Origin: Candidatus Stramentimicrobium fermentans
GTDB taxonomy: Bacteria > Atribacterota > Phoenicimicrobiia > Phoenicimicrobiales > Stramentimicrobiaceae
Length of the DNA: 64,000 nucleotides
Assembly (NCBI GenBank): GCA_012520575.1
Contig: JAAYOB010000005.1
Location: 10,171 to 74,170 of the forward strand
Reading direction: 5' to 3'
How positions within the stretch are numbered: position 1 is the first letter of the stretch; each line of letters opens with the position of its first letter. The notes under the pieces are model-generated. The model did not search any database. It worked only from the letters and a program-made list of their open reading frames with translations, and had not been told where the DNA came from. A program made the translations under genes and the position numbers. This document shows, one piece after another, positions 20,912 through 30,552 of this stretch.

Positions 20912-21805
20912 ATGGAACAGATAAGTAATAAACAAGAAAATGGCAAGATAGGCCAAAATAATGATTTTAGATATGGCAGTTTTACCAAATACTTCACTAT
21001 TGCTTTAGTTTTATTACTTTTAGTCTCTTTAATCTATAGCCAGTGGCAATATCGACGACTTGTTAAGTCGATTGGCGAGTTAAATCAAACATATAATGAA
21101 GTGCAAATGGAAAATAAAGACTTGAAAGAGCAGATTGAAGAACAAAATCATAAATTATGGGTTATAGGTAATCAAATACACAACTATTTAGAAGACAGCA
21201 TAACCAAGGAAGAGCTTACCGAAATATATAATCAACTGCAAGAGCTGGAAGAAAAGGTGTTTGATGTAAACAAAACGGTATCTTATTTAAATCGAATTAA
21301 AGGAATTGTTTCCAGTAATAATAAACAGCTAAAGGCTGAAACCGTATCTAAAATAGCTAAGTATATTTATGAAACTGCCTTGAATTATGAATTTAATCCA
21401 TTCTTAATCTGTGCCCTGATTAAGGTAGAAAGTAATTTCAAGGTAGATTCTATCTCTAGCGCCAGTGCTTATGGATTATGTCAGGTTAGCTCTATGACCG
21501 CTCGTAAATTGGCTCCTCACCTTGGGATTAATTGGGATGGGGCGGAGGAGACATTGTTAAATCCGGAAAAGAATATAAAAATCGGGATACATTATCTATC
21601 TACACTTTACAATGACTTCGGAGATTTAAAATTAGCCCTAACTGCCTACAATTACGGGCCGAGCAGGGTACAGGGGTTTATTTCAGAGGATATCAGAATT
21701 CCCAGTGGTTATACTGACAAAGTCCTTAAATACTACGCCCAATACGAAGGATTAAGCAGCGATGAGCTCAATAAATCGCTGACCTTAAAATGGAGAAATA
21801 GCTAA
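20912..21805 (+). CDS. Membrane-anchored coiled-coil protein with C-terminal lytic transglycosylase (SLT) domain
   Basis: TM helix, heptad-rich middle, then VESNF...AYGLCQV...AYNYGP SLT signature. Confidence 0.7.
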   Translation: MEQISNKQENGKIGQNNDFRYGSFTKYFTIALVLLLLVSLIYSQWQYRRLVKSIGELNQTYNEVQMENKDLKEQIEEQNHKLWVIGNQIHNYLEDSITKEELTEIYNQLQELEEKVFDVNKTVSYLNRIKGIVSSNNKQLKAETVSKIAKYIYETALNYEFNPFLICALIKVESNFKVDSISSASAYGLCQVSSMTARKLAPHLGINWDGAEETLLNPEKNIKIGIHYLSTLYNDFGDLKLALTAYNYGPSRVQGFISEDIRIPSGYTDKVLKYYAQYEGLSSDELNKSLTLKWRNS

Positions 21806-21917
21806 ATATTAAATAATAATTTAAATTAGTTTACTTTAGTAGGATTTAAATGTTATAGTATTAACTGTTATTTTAGGGACATATTCTACCGATAAGAATA
21901 TAAGGAGGCTCGGTCTA

Positions 21918-23114
21918 TTGCAAAATAATTATTTGTTCACGTCTGAATCTGTTACGGAGGGACACCCTGATAAAGTTGCCGATCAGATTGCTGATGCTGT
22001 ATTAGATGCCATTTATGTTCAAGATGCTGAGGCCAGGGTGGCTGTAGAGACTTTGGTTGCTACAGGGCTTGTTTTAGTTGCCGGTCAGATTACAACTTCG
22101 GCTTATGTTGATATTCCGAAGATTGTCAGAGACACAGTCAGGGAGATTGGTTATACTAGAGCAAAATATGGTTTTGATTGCGATACCTGTGCCGTGTTGA
22201 CTTCTATTGACGAGCAAGCCAAGGATATCGCTATTGGCGTTAATAAAGCTTTTGAAATACGGGAAGAAAATATTAATCCGGAAAAAAATAAATTTGCCGT
22301 TACCGGAGCGGGAGATCAGGGTATGATGTTTGGCTATGCCTGTCGAGAAACACCGGAATTAATGCCTTTACCGATATCATTAGCTCATAAGCTAACCTAT
22401 CGTTTAGCGGAAGTTAGAAAAAACAAGATTATTCCCTATCTAAGACCGGATGGAAAATCCCAGGTAACGGTGCAATATATAGATGGAGCCCCGGCCCGGA
22501 TAGAGGCAATAGTGATTGCAGCCCAGCATAATCCTAAAGTAGATATAGAAACTATACAAAAAGACATTAAAGAAAAAGTAATTGCTGAGGTAATTCCCCA
22601 AAAATATCTTGATGAAAATACTAAATACTATATAAATTCTACCGGCAGATTTACTATTGGAGGGCCTAAGGCCGATACCGGTCTTAGCGGCAGGAAAATT
22701 ATTGTTGATACTTATGGTGGCACTGCCCGACACGGAGGCGGTTCATTCTCCGGGAAAGACCCTACCAAAGTTGACCGCTCAGCCAGTTATGCTGCTCGAT
22801 ACATTGCCAAAAATATTGTTGCTGCCGGAATTGCTGATAAGTGTGAGGTACAGTTGGCTTATGCTATTGGAGTAGCAAACCCGGTTTCCATAATGATCGA
22901 TACCTTTCAGACAGAGAGAATCCCCCAATCACAGATTATACAATTGATTAAAAAACATTTCGATGTAAGACCTGCTGCTATTATTGACCATTTACAATTA
23001 AGAAGACCTATCTATAAGAAGACCGCTGCCTATGGACATTTTGGCCGAGAAAACGAAGAGTTTACTTGGGAAAAAATAGATAAAGCTGAAGAATTAAAAA
23101 GAGATATTCAATAA
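21918..23114 (+). CDS. metK: S-adenosylmethionine synthase
   Basis: [49 protein letters not shown] start after AAGGAGG. Confidence 0.95.
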   Translation: MQNNYLFTSESVTEGHPDKVADQIADAVLDAIYVQDAEARVAVETLVATGLVLVAGQITTSAYVDIPKIVRDTVREIGYTRAKYGFDCDTCAVLTSIDEQAKDIAIGVNKAFEIREENINPEKNKFAVTGAGDQGMMFGYACRETPELMPLPISLAHKLTYRLAEVRKNKIIPYLRPDGKSQVTVQYIDGAPARIEAIVIAAQHNPKVDIETIQKDIKEKVIAEVIPQKYLDENTKYYINSTGRFTIGGPKADTGLSGRKIIVDTYGGTARHGGGSFSGKDPTKVDRSASYAARYIAKNIVAAGIADKCEVQLAYAIGVANPVSIMIDTFQTERIPQSQIIQLIKKHFDVRPAAIIDHLQLRRPIYKKTAAYGHFGRENEEFTWEKIDKAEELKRDIQ

Positions 23115-23178
23115 TGATTTTAAATGAACTTAGCTTCCAAAAATTTCTTTTTTTAAAAATATTTAAATGAGGTTTAGA

Positions 23179-24225
23179 ATGAAAATTACAGAGTTGCTAA
23201 GAATTACTCGAGATGCAGAAGCTTCCGACCTACACTTGACAGTCGGTGCTCCGCCTACCATTAGAGTAAACGGTTTGCTTTCTCAACTAAATTATCCCGC
23301 TTTAGAAGATATTGAAGTTAACGAGATGCTTTACAGCGTTCTGAGTAAAGAGCAGATAAAAAAACTTGAAGAATTAAAGGATATAGATTTTTCTTTAGAG
23401 ATTTTGAATGTTGCCCGCTTTAGGGCAAATGTGTTTATGCATAGACGTGGATTAGCCGGGGCATTTCGTTTGATTCCGGAAAGGATTAAAAGTTTGGAAG
23501 AATTAGAACTTCCCCTTGGACTGGCAGATTTTACTAAAAAAGCGAAAGGATTGGTTCTTGTTACCGGACCTACCGGGAGCGGTAAATCGACAACTATTTC
23601 TACCCTGATTGATATAATCAATGAAAGAGATAATCTACATATTATTACCATTGAAGACCCTATTGAATTTATTCATCAGCACAAAAATTGTATCATTGAT
23701 CAGCGAGAGGTTGGCTTGCATGCCAGGTCATTTTCCCTTGCTCTAAGAAGTGCTTTAAGAGAAGACCCGGATGTCATATTAGTTGGGGAAATGAGAGATT
23801 TAGAAACGATATCTATGGCCGTTACCGCTGCCGAAACAGGCCATTTAGTATTTTCAACTCTTCATACCAATAGTGCCGCTGAGACTATCGAACGTATTAT
23901 CGATGTGTTTCCCCCTCACCAGCAAAGACAAATCCGAATCCAATTAGCCGAGTCTTTACAGGGGGTTATTTCTCAGACTTTATTGCCTAATATCGATCAG
24001 AGCAAGAGAGTGCCGGCAGTAGAGGTGATGGTAGCTACTCCGGCTATAAGAAATATTATACGTGAAGAAAAGATTCATTTAATCCCGGCGACCATACAGA
24101 GCTCTCAGCAGTACGGGATGCAGTCAATGGACCAATCTCTGCGGAAATTATTCCGTAATCATATAATCGATAGAGAAACAGCTTTATACAGAGCAAGGGA
24201 TACCAGTTATGTTCTGTCGCATTAA
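23179..24225 (+). CDS. pilT: Type IV pilus retraction ATPase PilT
   Basis: MKITELL...ASDLHL N-terminus, Walker A GPTGSGKST, Asp box, Walker B ILVGEMRD, His box TLHT. ~350 aa (PilT size, no N-terminal extension). The track ORF starts at 23167, but ATG 23179 has GAGG spacing. Confidence 0.88.
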   Translation: MKITELLRITRDAEASDLHLTVGAPPTIRVNGLLSQLNYPALEDIEVNEMLYSVLSKEQIKKLEELKDIDFSLEILNVARFRANVFMHRRGLAGAFRLIPERIKSLEELELPLGLADFTKKAKGLVLVTGPTGSGKSTTISTLIDIINERDNLHIITIEDPIEFIHQHKNCIIDQREVGLHARSFSLALRSALREDPDVILVGEMRDLETISMAVTAAETGHLVFSTLHTNSAAETIERIIDVFPPHQQRQIRIQLAESLQGVISQTLLPNIDQSKRVPAVEVMVATPAIRNIIREEKIHLIPATIQSSQQYGMQSMDQSLRKLFRNHIIDRETALYRARDTSYVLSH

Positions 24226-24289
24226 GATATGAAAAGTATGTATATTTAAAATAAAAATATTAAATAAATATCGATGCCTTTATAATATT

Positions 24290-24318
24290 TTGACATTAGG
24301 AGGTCGATTGGTTAAAAT
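24290..24318 (+). promoter_or_regulatory. Sigma-70-type promoter for the T-box leader
   Basis: TTGACA (24290-24295), a 17-nt spacer, then TAAAAT (24313-24318). Confidence 0.55.
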
Positions 24319-24364
24319 ATCACCATAATTTGTACTTTAATTATATCGGATTTAAATGTTAATA

Positions 24365-24583
24365 GATTTGCAGGAGAAAGTAGATTGCTAACCAAGCAAT
24401 CGAATGACGTCTCCCAATCAATAGGTAGCAAGATTATAATAGTATCTACAAATCTGTTCGTAACAATGCGTTAAAAGTAAGAGCGGAATGTTGACTCGAG
24501 TCCATTCAATAGGGGTGGCACCGCGAAAAGTAATTTTCGTCCCTGATAGTATTATTTGTACAATATTATCAGGGTTTTTTATT
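24365..24583 (+). promoter_or_regulatory. T-box riboswitch leader (probable Asp specifier) with intrinsic terminator
   Basis: Conserved T-box AATAGGGGTGGCACCGCG at 24508-24525. Terminator CCCTGATAGTATTATT...AATATTATCAGGG plus T6 at 24541-24580, whose 5' arm overlaps the antiterminator. Short Stem I GGAGA...TCTCC (24373-24414) with AGTA/GAA S-turn elements and GAC-G before the closing helix. Confidence 0.8.
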
Positions 24584-24690
24584 TAATTAGCTAATTTCCT
24601 TTCAGCTTATTGACAGATTGCTGATTGTTCTTACTCGCATTTCAAATCTTTAATAATTTTAAGCTGTCTTAACCGAAAACTGAATACTAT

Positions 24691-24813
24691 CTCTCTTCTG
24701 TCATTGCGAGCGGCCGGAGGGGGTGTGGTAATATCATGCTCTGCTGCCCGCAAAAATTTAACCTGAAAACCAGAAAATGAAAACCGTTTCAGCTGACAAC
24801 GGATAACCGAAAC
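24691..24813 (+). repeat. Intergenic repeat family, copy 1 (between T-box terminator and hisS)
   Basis: Blocks CTCTCTTCT-GTCATT, GTGTGGTAAT, TCATGCTCTGCTGC, TTTAACCTGAAAACC, GACAACGGATAACCGAAAC are collinear with copy 2 at 38669. Confidence 0.7.
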
Positions 24814-24837
24814 ATATCCTATTCAAAGGAGCGAAAA

Positions 24838-26112
24838 TTGTTAGTACAAGTACCAAAAGGAACCAATGATATACTCCCTGCACAGATAGATTACTGGTAT
24901 TATCTGGAAAATATCATAAAAGAGGTGTTGCAAAACTTTGGTTATCGGGAAATAAGGACGCCTGTTTTTGAATATACCGAATTATTTGTAAGGGGAATTG
25001 GAGAGACCACAGATATAGTGGCCAAAGAGATGTTTACTTTTTCCGATAAAAAAGGGCGAAGCCTTACCTTGCGGCCGGAAGGTACTGCCCCGGTAATTAG
25101 GGCTTATCTGGAACACAACCTGAGCAGAGAAAATCCTTTAACTAAACTATTCTACATAGAAAGTATGTTTCGCAGTGAGAAACCGCAGGCAGGCAGATTC
25201 AGACAGTTCCATCAATTCGGTGCCGAAGCTATTGGTTCACCTTTACCGATCATTGATGCAGAGATAGTCGTTGCCGCGCTCTTCATTTTTCAAAAATTAG
25301 GGCTAACTGACCTAACCCTGCACTTGAACAGTGTAGGCTGTAAGCAATGCAGGCCAAAATACTTAGATGCTCTGAGAGATTATTTTCGAGAAAAAAAAGC
25401 TCAATTATGCGCTGACTGTCAGTTACGCTATGAAACAAACCCGCTCAGGATACTCGATTGCAAAAAAGAACAGTGCCGGGTAATTGTCGGAAAATGCCCT
25501 TCGATCTTTAAATATCTGTGCCGGGATTGTGCTGCACATTTTGATGCCTTAAAAGTATATCTCGATAAACTCGGTATTACCTATCAGATTAACCCATTTC
25601 TGGTAAGAGGATTGGATTATTATACTAAAACTGCTTTTGAAATTATCTCAGGGGAATTAGGTGCGCAAAATGCCATATGTGGTGGGGGAAGGTACGATTA
25701 TCTGGCAGAAGAACTTGGCGGCAAACCTACCCCGGGAGTCGGCTTTGCCGCCGGTATGGAAAGAGTTTTAATGACCATAATCAAACAAAATATTGAAATC
25801 CCTTTATGGGGAGGAATTAAGGTCTTTGTTGCGGTAACCGGCCAGGATGGAGTTAATACTGCCCTTGAAATTGCCAACCAGCTAAGATCAGCAGGTGTTG
25901 CTGCCGATATGGATTTTTTAGGAAAAAGCTTAAAAGCCCAATTGAGAATGGCTAACAAGTTACAGATTCCCTATGTACTTATCTTAGGTCCCGACGAATT
26001 AAAAGAGAATGCGGTATTAATTAAAGACATGGAGGAAGGGACTCAGGAGACAGTCTCCTTAAAAAATATTTTATTCCATCTTAAATCACTGATTTTAAAG
26101 AATAAAATTTAA
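24838..26112 (+). CDS. hisS: Histidine--tRNA ligase
   Basis: Class II motifs: FRSEKPQAGRFRQFHQ, GGGRYD, and HisRS anticodon-binding C-terminus. TTG start after AAGGAG. Confidence 0.95.
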   Translation: MLVQVPKGTNDILPAQIDYWYYLENIIKEVLQNFGYREIRTPVFEYTELFVRGIGETTDIVAKEMFTFSDKKGRSLTLRPEGTAPVIRAYLEHNLSRENPLTKLFYIESMFRSEKPQAGRFRQFHQFGAEAIGSPLPIIDAEIVVAALFIFQKLGLTDLTLHLNSVGCKQCRPKYLDALRDYFREKKAQLCADCQLRYETNPLRILDCKKEQCRVIVGKCPSIFKYLCRDCAAHFDALKVYLDKLGITYQINPFLVRGLDYYTKTAFEIISGELGAQNAICGGGRYDYLAEELGGKPTPGVGFAAGMERVLMTIIKQNIEIPLWGGIKVFVAVTGQDGVNTALEIANQLRSAGVAADMDFLGKSLKAQLRMANKLQIPYVLILGPDELKENAVLIKDMEEGTQETVSLKNILFHLKSLILKNKI

Positions 26113-26160
26113 AACCCATCATTATGTTATCTTTTTTGGAAATAAGGAGGAAGATAGTTT

Positions 26161-27456
26161 ATGGAAGTGATTTCAATATCGGAGGTAGGAAAACATGATA
26201 CAGAACATGTCTGTATCAAAGGGTGGCTCTATAACCAACGCTCCAGTGGAAAAATAAAATTCATGGTTATTCGAGATGGAACAGGGTTTTTACAGGGAAC
26301 GCTGATAAAAAGTGAGATGGAAGAACAATATTTTAATCTATTAGATGAGTTGCATTACGAATCGTCTATTGTAGTGGAAGGGGTTATAAAAAAGGAGCAG
26401 AGAGCGCCCAGCGGATATGAAATGCTGGTCAAGACTATTCGGGTGGTTCAAAATGCTCAGGAAGACTATCCTATCTCTCTTAAAAAACATGGAGTAGCTT
26501 TTCTGATGAATTATCGGCATCTTTGGCTCAGGACCCAAAGGCAAAATGCCATTTTAAGAATCAGAGTTGAAATCGTAAAAGCAATCCACCATTTTTTACA
26601 GCAAAGAGGGTTTTATCTAATTGAATCTCCTATACTGACTCCCGCTGCTTGTGAGGGAACGACAACGCTTTTCGAAACCGATTATTTTGAAGACAAAGCT
26701 TATTTAACCCAGAGCGGTCAATTGTATAATGAAGCTTCAGCTATGGCTTTTGGTAAAGTTTATTGTTTTGGTCCCACCTTCAGGGCAGAGAAGTCCAAAA
26801 CGAGGAGACATCTGATGGAATTTTGGATGGTGGAACCGGAGGCCGCCTATTTTAGCTTTGAAGATAATAATCAGCTGCAGGAAGAATTGGTCGTTGCCAT
26901 TGTACAGCATGTTTTGCAGGCTTGTCCCTTAGAATTAAAAATATTGGAAAGGGATGTCTCATTGTTGGAAAAAGTGCAATCACCCTTTCCTTACTTATCC
27001 TATGATGATGCGATTAAGATAATACAAAAGCATGGCAGTTCCACTCAGTGGGGAGATGACCTTACCGGAGAAGATGAGACCATCGTTTCTAAGTATTATG
27101 ACCGTCCTGTCTTTATTCACCATTTTCCAACTAAATGCAAAGCTTTCTATATGAAACCTGATCCGGAAAGACCCGAAACGGTTTTGGGAGCCGATTTAAT
27201 TGCTCCTGAAGGGTTTGGAGAGATAATTGGCGGCGGAGAACGTATAGATGATTATCAGCTGATTAAAGACAGGATTAGAGAGCATCAACTACCGGAAGAA
27301 GATTATCAATGGTATATAGATTTGAGGAAATATGGTTCGGTTCCCCATTCCGGTTTTGGTCTGGGAATTGAAAGAACCGTTGCCTGGATTTGCAATCTTC
27401 CCCATATCAGGGAGGCTATTGCCTTCCCGCGCATGCTGCATAAGATTTATCCGTAA
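26161..27456 (+). CDS. asnS: Asparagine--tRNA ligase (class IIb, 431 aa)
   Basis: N-terminal OB fold, FRAEKSKTRRHLMEFWMVE motif 2, KAFYMK block and GFGLGIERTVAWI motif 3. A separate bacterial-type aspS is adjacent, so AsnRS is favoured over an archaeal-type AspRS. Confidence 0.75.
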   Translation: MEVISISEVGKHDTEHVCIKGWLYNQRSSGKIKFMVIRDGTGFLQGTLIKSEMEEQYFNLLDELHYESSIVVEGVIKKEQRAPSGYEMLVKTIRVVQNAQEDYPISLKKHGVAFLMNYRHLWLRTQRQNAILRIRVEIVKAIHHFLQQRGFYLIESPILTPAACEGTTTLFETDYFEDKAYLTQSGQLYNEASAMAFGKVYCFGPTFRAEKSKTRRHLMEFWMVEPEAAYFSFEDNNQLQEELVVAIVQHVLQACPLELKILERDVSLLEKVQSPFPYLSYDDAIKIIQKHGSSTQWGDDLTGEDETIVSKYYDRPVFIHHFPTKCKAFYMKPDPERPETVLGADLIAPEGFGEIIGGGERIDDYQLIKDRIREHQLPEEDYQWYIDLRKYGSVPHSGFGLGIERTVAWICNLPHIREAIAFPRMLHKIYP

Positions 27457-27459
27457 ACT

Positions 27460-27618
27460 CGCAGTATGCCGTGAATCGCGCGAAGTGCGCGGTAGGAGAT
27501 CCCGAGTAAAAATGTGAAAGATGTGGGAGTAATCGGGTGAGGCCATCACAACAGCTAATTGCCGGAAATAGAGTTGTTTTAATCTGAAAACCGAGATTCG
27601 AAAACTGTAAACCGTTTT
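27460..27618 (+). repeat. Intergenic repeat family, copy 3 (asnS-aspS spacer), divergent 5' half
   Basis: GTGGGAGTAATC resembles GTGTGGTAATC. The tail TTTAATCTGAAAACCGAGATTCGAAAACTGTAAACCG aligns with copy 1 TTTAACCTGAAAACCAGAAAATGAAAACCGT. The GC-rich patch is unlike the surrounding AT-rich spacer. Confidence 0.5.
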
Positions 27619-27653
27619 TTTAACTTTATATTAAAAACAAGGAGTGGACTGAA

Positions 27654-29453
27654 ATGACCTTATCAGAACAAGAACAAAATGAAATGAAATTATGGAAAAG
27701 AACTCATAGTTGCGGAGAATTGAATAAAGGTAATATTGAAGAAAATGTTACCCTGATGGGATGGGTTAATTCCCGTCGAGACCATGGCGGACTAATTTTC
27801 ATTGACTTAAGGGATAGAGAGGGCAAAACGCAGATTGTTTTTGACCCAAAAGTTTCCAAAGAAGCACATCAGCTGGCTCATAACATTCGTAATGAATTTG
27901 TTATTGCGGTCAAGGGAGAGGTGTCATTCAGAGGAAAGGATGCCATAAACCCTAATATGAAAACCGGCGAAATAGAAATCCGAATTAGTGAAATGCAGAT
28001 ACTAAGCCAGTCCAAACAACTTCCTTTTAGTATTAGCGAATACTCCGATGTAGGTGAGGATGCCCGCTTAAAATATCGTTATTTAGACCTCAGAAGGACT
28101 GAGATGAAAAACAATATAATCCTGCGCCATAAAGTCTCTTTATTAATTAGAAATTTTTTAAACAAAAAAGGATTTTTAGAGATAGAAACACCATTTTTAA
28201 CGAAAAGTACACCGGAAGGTGCGAGAGACTACATTGTTCCCAGTCGGGTAAATCCGGGTAAATTTTTTGCCCTTCCCCAATCACCGCAGTTATTTAAACA
28301 ATTACTAATGATCAGCGGTTTTGATAAATATTTTCAGATAGTGAGGTGCTTTAGAGACGAAGATTTAAGAGCTGACCGGGCACCGGAATTTACTCAATTA
28401 GATATGGAAATGTCTTTTATTGACCGCGATATACTCTTTAACCTTATTGAAGAGTTAATGGCAACTCTATTTAAAGAAATTCTCTCGGCAGAGGTTAAGA
28501 GACCCTTCCCCAGACTTGATTATGATGATGCCATGTCGCATTATGGTATTGATAAACCTGATTTAAGATATGGCATGAAGATTCATAATCTAAATGAGTT
28601 TTTTAAGGATACCCAATTTAGTCCTTTTTCAGAGGTGCTGGCCGGTAATGGTAAAATTGGTGCTCTTAAAACTGAGCAGCCCGAAAAATTTTCCAGAAAA
28701 AATATTGATGACTTAGATCTTTTTGTAAAGTCATTGGGATTAGGAGGCTTAATTTCTATTCGTTTTAAGGAGGGAAGCGAACTCCAGTCCTCTTTAAAAA
28801 AATACATTACCGAAGAGACAGCGGCATTGCTGAAAAAAGAGATGCAAGCCCAACCGGGAGACCTTGTTTTTATAGCTGCCGGCAGCACTGAAAAAGTAAA
28901 TCAAGTGTTAGGCTTGCTGCGTATAAAAATTGCCAACACTTTAAAGATAATTCCAAAAGAGCAATATAAATTCTTATGGGTAACCAATTTTCCGTTATTT
29001 GAATATTCTCAGACCGAAAAACGGTATACTTCAGTGCACCATCCCTTTACTGCTCCGGTAGATGAAGATATCGCTATGCTGGAAAGTAACCCCTATCAGG
29101 TTCGTTCTAAGGCTTATGATTTAGTACTGAATGGCAATGAAATTGGAGGAGGAAGTATTCGTATTCACCGTACCGAGCTGCAGCAAAAAATATTTAATTT
29201 ATTGGGAATAAAAGCCGAAGAGGCCGAACAGAAATTCGGCTTTCTACTGGAAGCATTGCAATATGGTCCTCCGCCGCATGGAGGAATTGCCTTTGGAATG
29301 GATAGGATTGTGATGCTGTTGGCAGGTGCATCTTCCATACGTGATGCAATCGCCTTTCCCAAAACAGCAAAAGCTACCTGTCCTTTAACCGGGGCGCCCT
29401 CTGAGGTCAGCTCGGAGCAATTAAAGGAGCTTCATATAAAGTTGGACCTTTAG
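27654..29453 (+). CDS. aspS: Aspartate--tRNA ligase (bacterial type with GAD insertion)
   Basis: 599 aa. FRDEDLRADRAPEFTQLD motif 2, GGGSIRIH, HGGIAFGMDRIVML motif 3. Confidence 0.95.
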   Translation: MTLSEQEQNEMKLWKRTHSCGELNKGNIEENVTLMGWVNSRRDHGGLIFIDLRDREGKTQIVFDPKVSKEAHQLAHNIRNEFVIAVKGEVSFRGKDAINPNMKTGEIEIRISEMQILSQSKQLPFSISEYSDVGEDARLKYRYLDLRRTEMKNNIILRHKVSLLIRNFLNKKGFLEIETPFLTKSTPEGARDYIVPSRVNPGKFFALPQSPQLFKQLLMISGFDKYFQIVRCFRDEDLRADRAPEFTQLDMEMSFIDRDILFNLIEELMATLFKEILSAEVKRPFPRLDYDDAMSHYGIDKPDLRYGMKIHNLNEFFKDTQFSPFSEVLAGNGKIGALKTEQPEKFSRKNIDDLDLFVKSLGLGGLISIRFKEGSELQSSLKKYITEETAALLKKEMQAQPGDLVFIAAGSTEKVNQVLGLLRIKIANTLKIIPKEQYKFLWVTNFPLFEYSQTEKRYTSVHHPFTAPVDEDIAMLESNPYQVRSKAYDLVLNGNEIGGGSIRIHRTELQQKIFNLLGIKAEEAEQKFGFLLEALQYGPPPHGGIAFGMDRIVMLLAGASSIRDAIAFPKTAKATCPLTGAPSEVSSEQLKELHIKLDL

Positions 29454-29484
29454 CAAATACCGATAGTGCAATATTTTAGGTGAA

Positions 29485-29513
29485 TTGCATTTAAATAAAA
29501 AATATGCTATATT
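29485..29513 (+). promoter_or_regulatory. Sigma-70-type promoter in front of the candidate 6S RNA
   Basis: TTGCAT (29485-29490), a 17-nt spacer, then TATATT (29508-29513). Confidence 0.45.
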
Positions 29514-29519
29514 GTAACT

Positions 29520-29772
29520 GCAAGGCAAATAAGATTAGTTGCCCTGCTGTGATCGCTAACTGAATAAGTTTTGACCCAACACTTTTCCAAAAAGGAAATT
29601 GATCTCCGGGTGTGAAATGCAAGCCTGTGGTTTTCCGAAAGGTTTGCCTAAAATTAACAGCGATGTTAATTAACTGGACGCATGAAGCATTCGGGTAAAT
29701 ATCCACCTGTTTGAGGGTCGGATTCAAAACTTGTTGTTTGCGGCATAGCAGGGTTATTGTTTGTCTGTCGGC
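29520..29772 (+). ncRNA. ssrS: Candidate 6S RNA
   Basis: Long imperfect closing helix: CCCTGCTGTG (29542-51) pairs with CATAGCAGGG (29744-53); AAGTTTTGACCC (29566-77) pairs with GGGTC(GGAT)TCAAAACTT (29715-32). About 137 nt of interior remains for the bubble and apical stem. Lies directly upstream of the 5-formyl-THF cyclo-ligase gene, the classic ssrS-ygfA arrangement. Ends are approximate. Confidence 0.5.
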
Positions 29773-29796
29773 AATTTCTATTTCTGTATATTTATT

Positions 29797-30402
29797 ATGG
29801 TCAGATTAAGTAAACATTCTATCAGAAAAAAGCTCTTAAGTGAAAGAAGCAAACTATCACCGGAAATAATTTTGGAAAATAGTAAAAAAATAACAGAATC
29901 TTTGCTTAAATTAGATATATATCAACAATCAACCAACATTATGCTCTATATTGCCACTCCATCTGAAGTGCAGACCGAGGAAATTATAAAAACTGCTCAA
30001 AAAGATAGAAAAAAAGTTTTTGTTCCCCTAATTATTCGGAGAGATCAGCCCATGCTTCCTTCTTTGTTAAATGATTTTGAAAAAGAGCTTTCTACCGGCT
30101 ATTTAGGAATACTGCAGCCAAGAAAAGAATTCTTCAGAATTTATCCTCCCAGTATTTTAAATCTCATAATAGTTCCCGGAGTTGCCTTTACACTTCAGGG
30201 TCATCGTTTAGGCCGGGGAGGAGGATATTATGACCGATTCCTTAGTCAGTTAAAAAAGGACACTATATCGGTAGCACTTGCTTTTGAAATGCAAATTTTA
30301 GCTCAGATACCTCATGACCAAAATGATTTTCCGGTAGATTACATTATAACCGAACAGAGAGTAATTCCAATCAGAAGTCCTTTGTTAAAAGATGAAAATT
30401 GA
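29797..30402 (+). CDS. 5-formyltetrahydrofolate cyclo-ligase
   Basis: MVRLSKHSIRKKLLSER start typical of the family, GRGGGYYDR motif, HDQNDFPVDYIITE. The track ORF begins at TTG 29761 inside the RNA helix; ATG 29797 is preferred. Confidence 0.8.
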   Translation: MVRLSKHSIRKKLLSERSKLSPEIILENSKKITESLLKLDIYQQSTNIMLYIATPSEVQTEEIIKTAQKDRKKVFVPLIIRRDQPMLPSLLNDFEKELSTGYLGILQPRKEFFRIYPPSILNLIIVPGVAFTLQGHRLGRGGGYYDRFLSQLKKDTISVALAFEMQILAQIPHDQNDFPVDYIITEQRVIPIRSPLLKDEN

Positions 30403-30552
30403 CCTGAATAACAATTATAAAAATATTAGACTTAATTATCGGCTGAAGATTAGAAACAAAAAAAGTATATTTTCTCTAAATTGTGATTAATAGTAATATA
30501 AGTAAATATGTGATAATATTGACACACGAATTAAGAAGGAGATTACCAGTCC

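Noticed and set aside
21806-21917. Looked for a SAM riboswitch upstream of metK, and for T-boxes upstream of metG (18842-18908) and alaS (34285-34416)
   Set aside because: The spacers are short and AT-rich. They lack the conserved SAM-I core or the GGTGGNACCGCG T-box sequence.
27289-27549. 86-aa minus and 61-aa plus ORFs spanning the asnS end and downstream GC-rich patch
   Set aside because: They overlap the asnS C-terminus and the intergenic repeat copy. The GC-rich repeat simply lacks stops.
29491-29727. 78-aa minus-strand ORF in the aspS to cyclo-ligase spacer
   Set aside because: No RBS and an odd composition. It lies antisense to a region better explained by a promoter plus a long-helix RNA (candidate 6S RNA).
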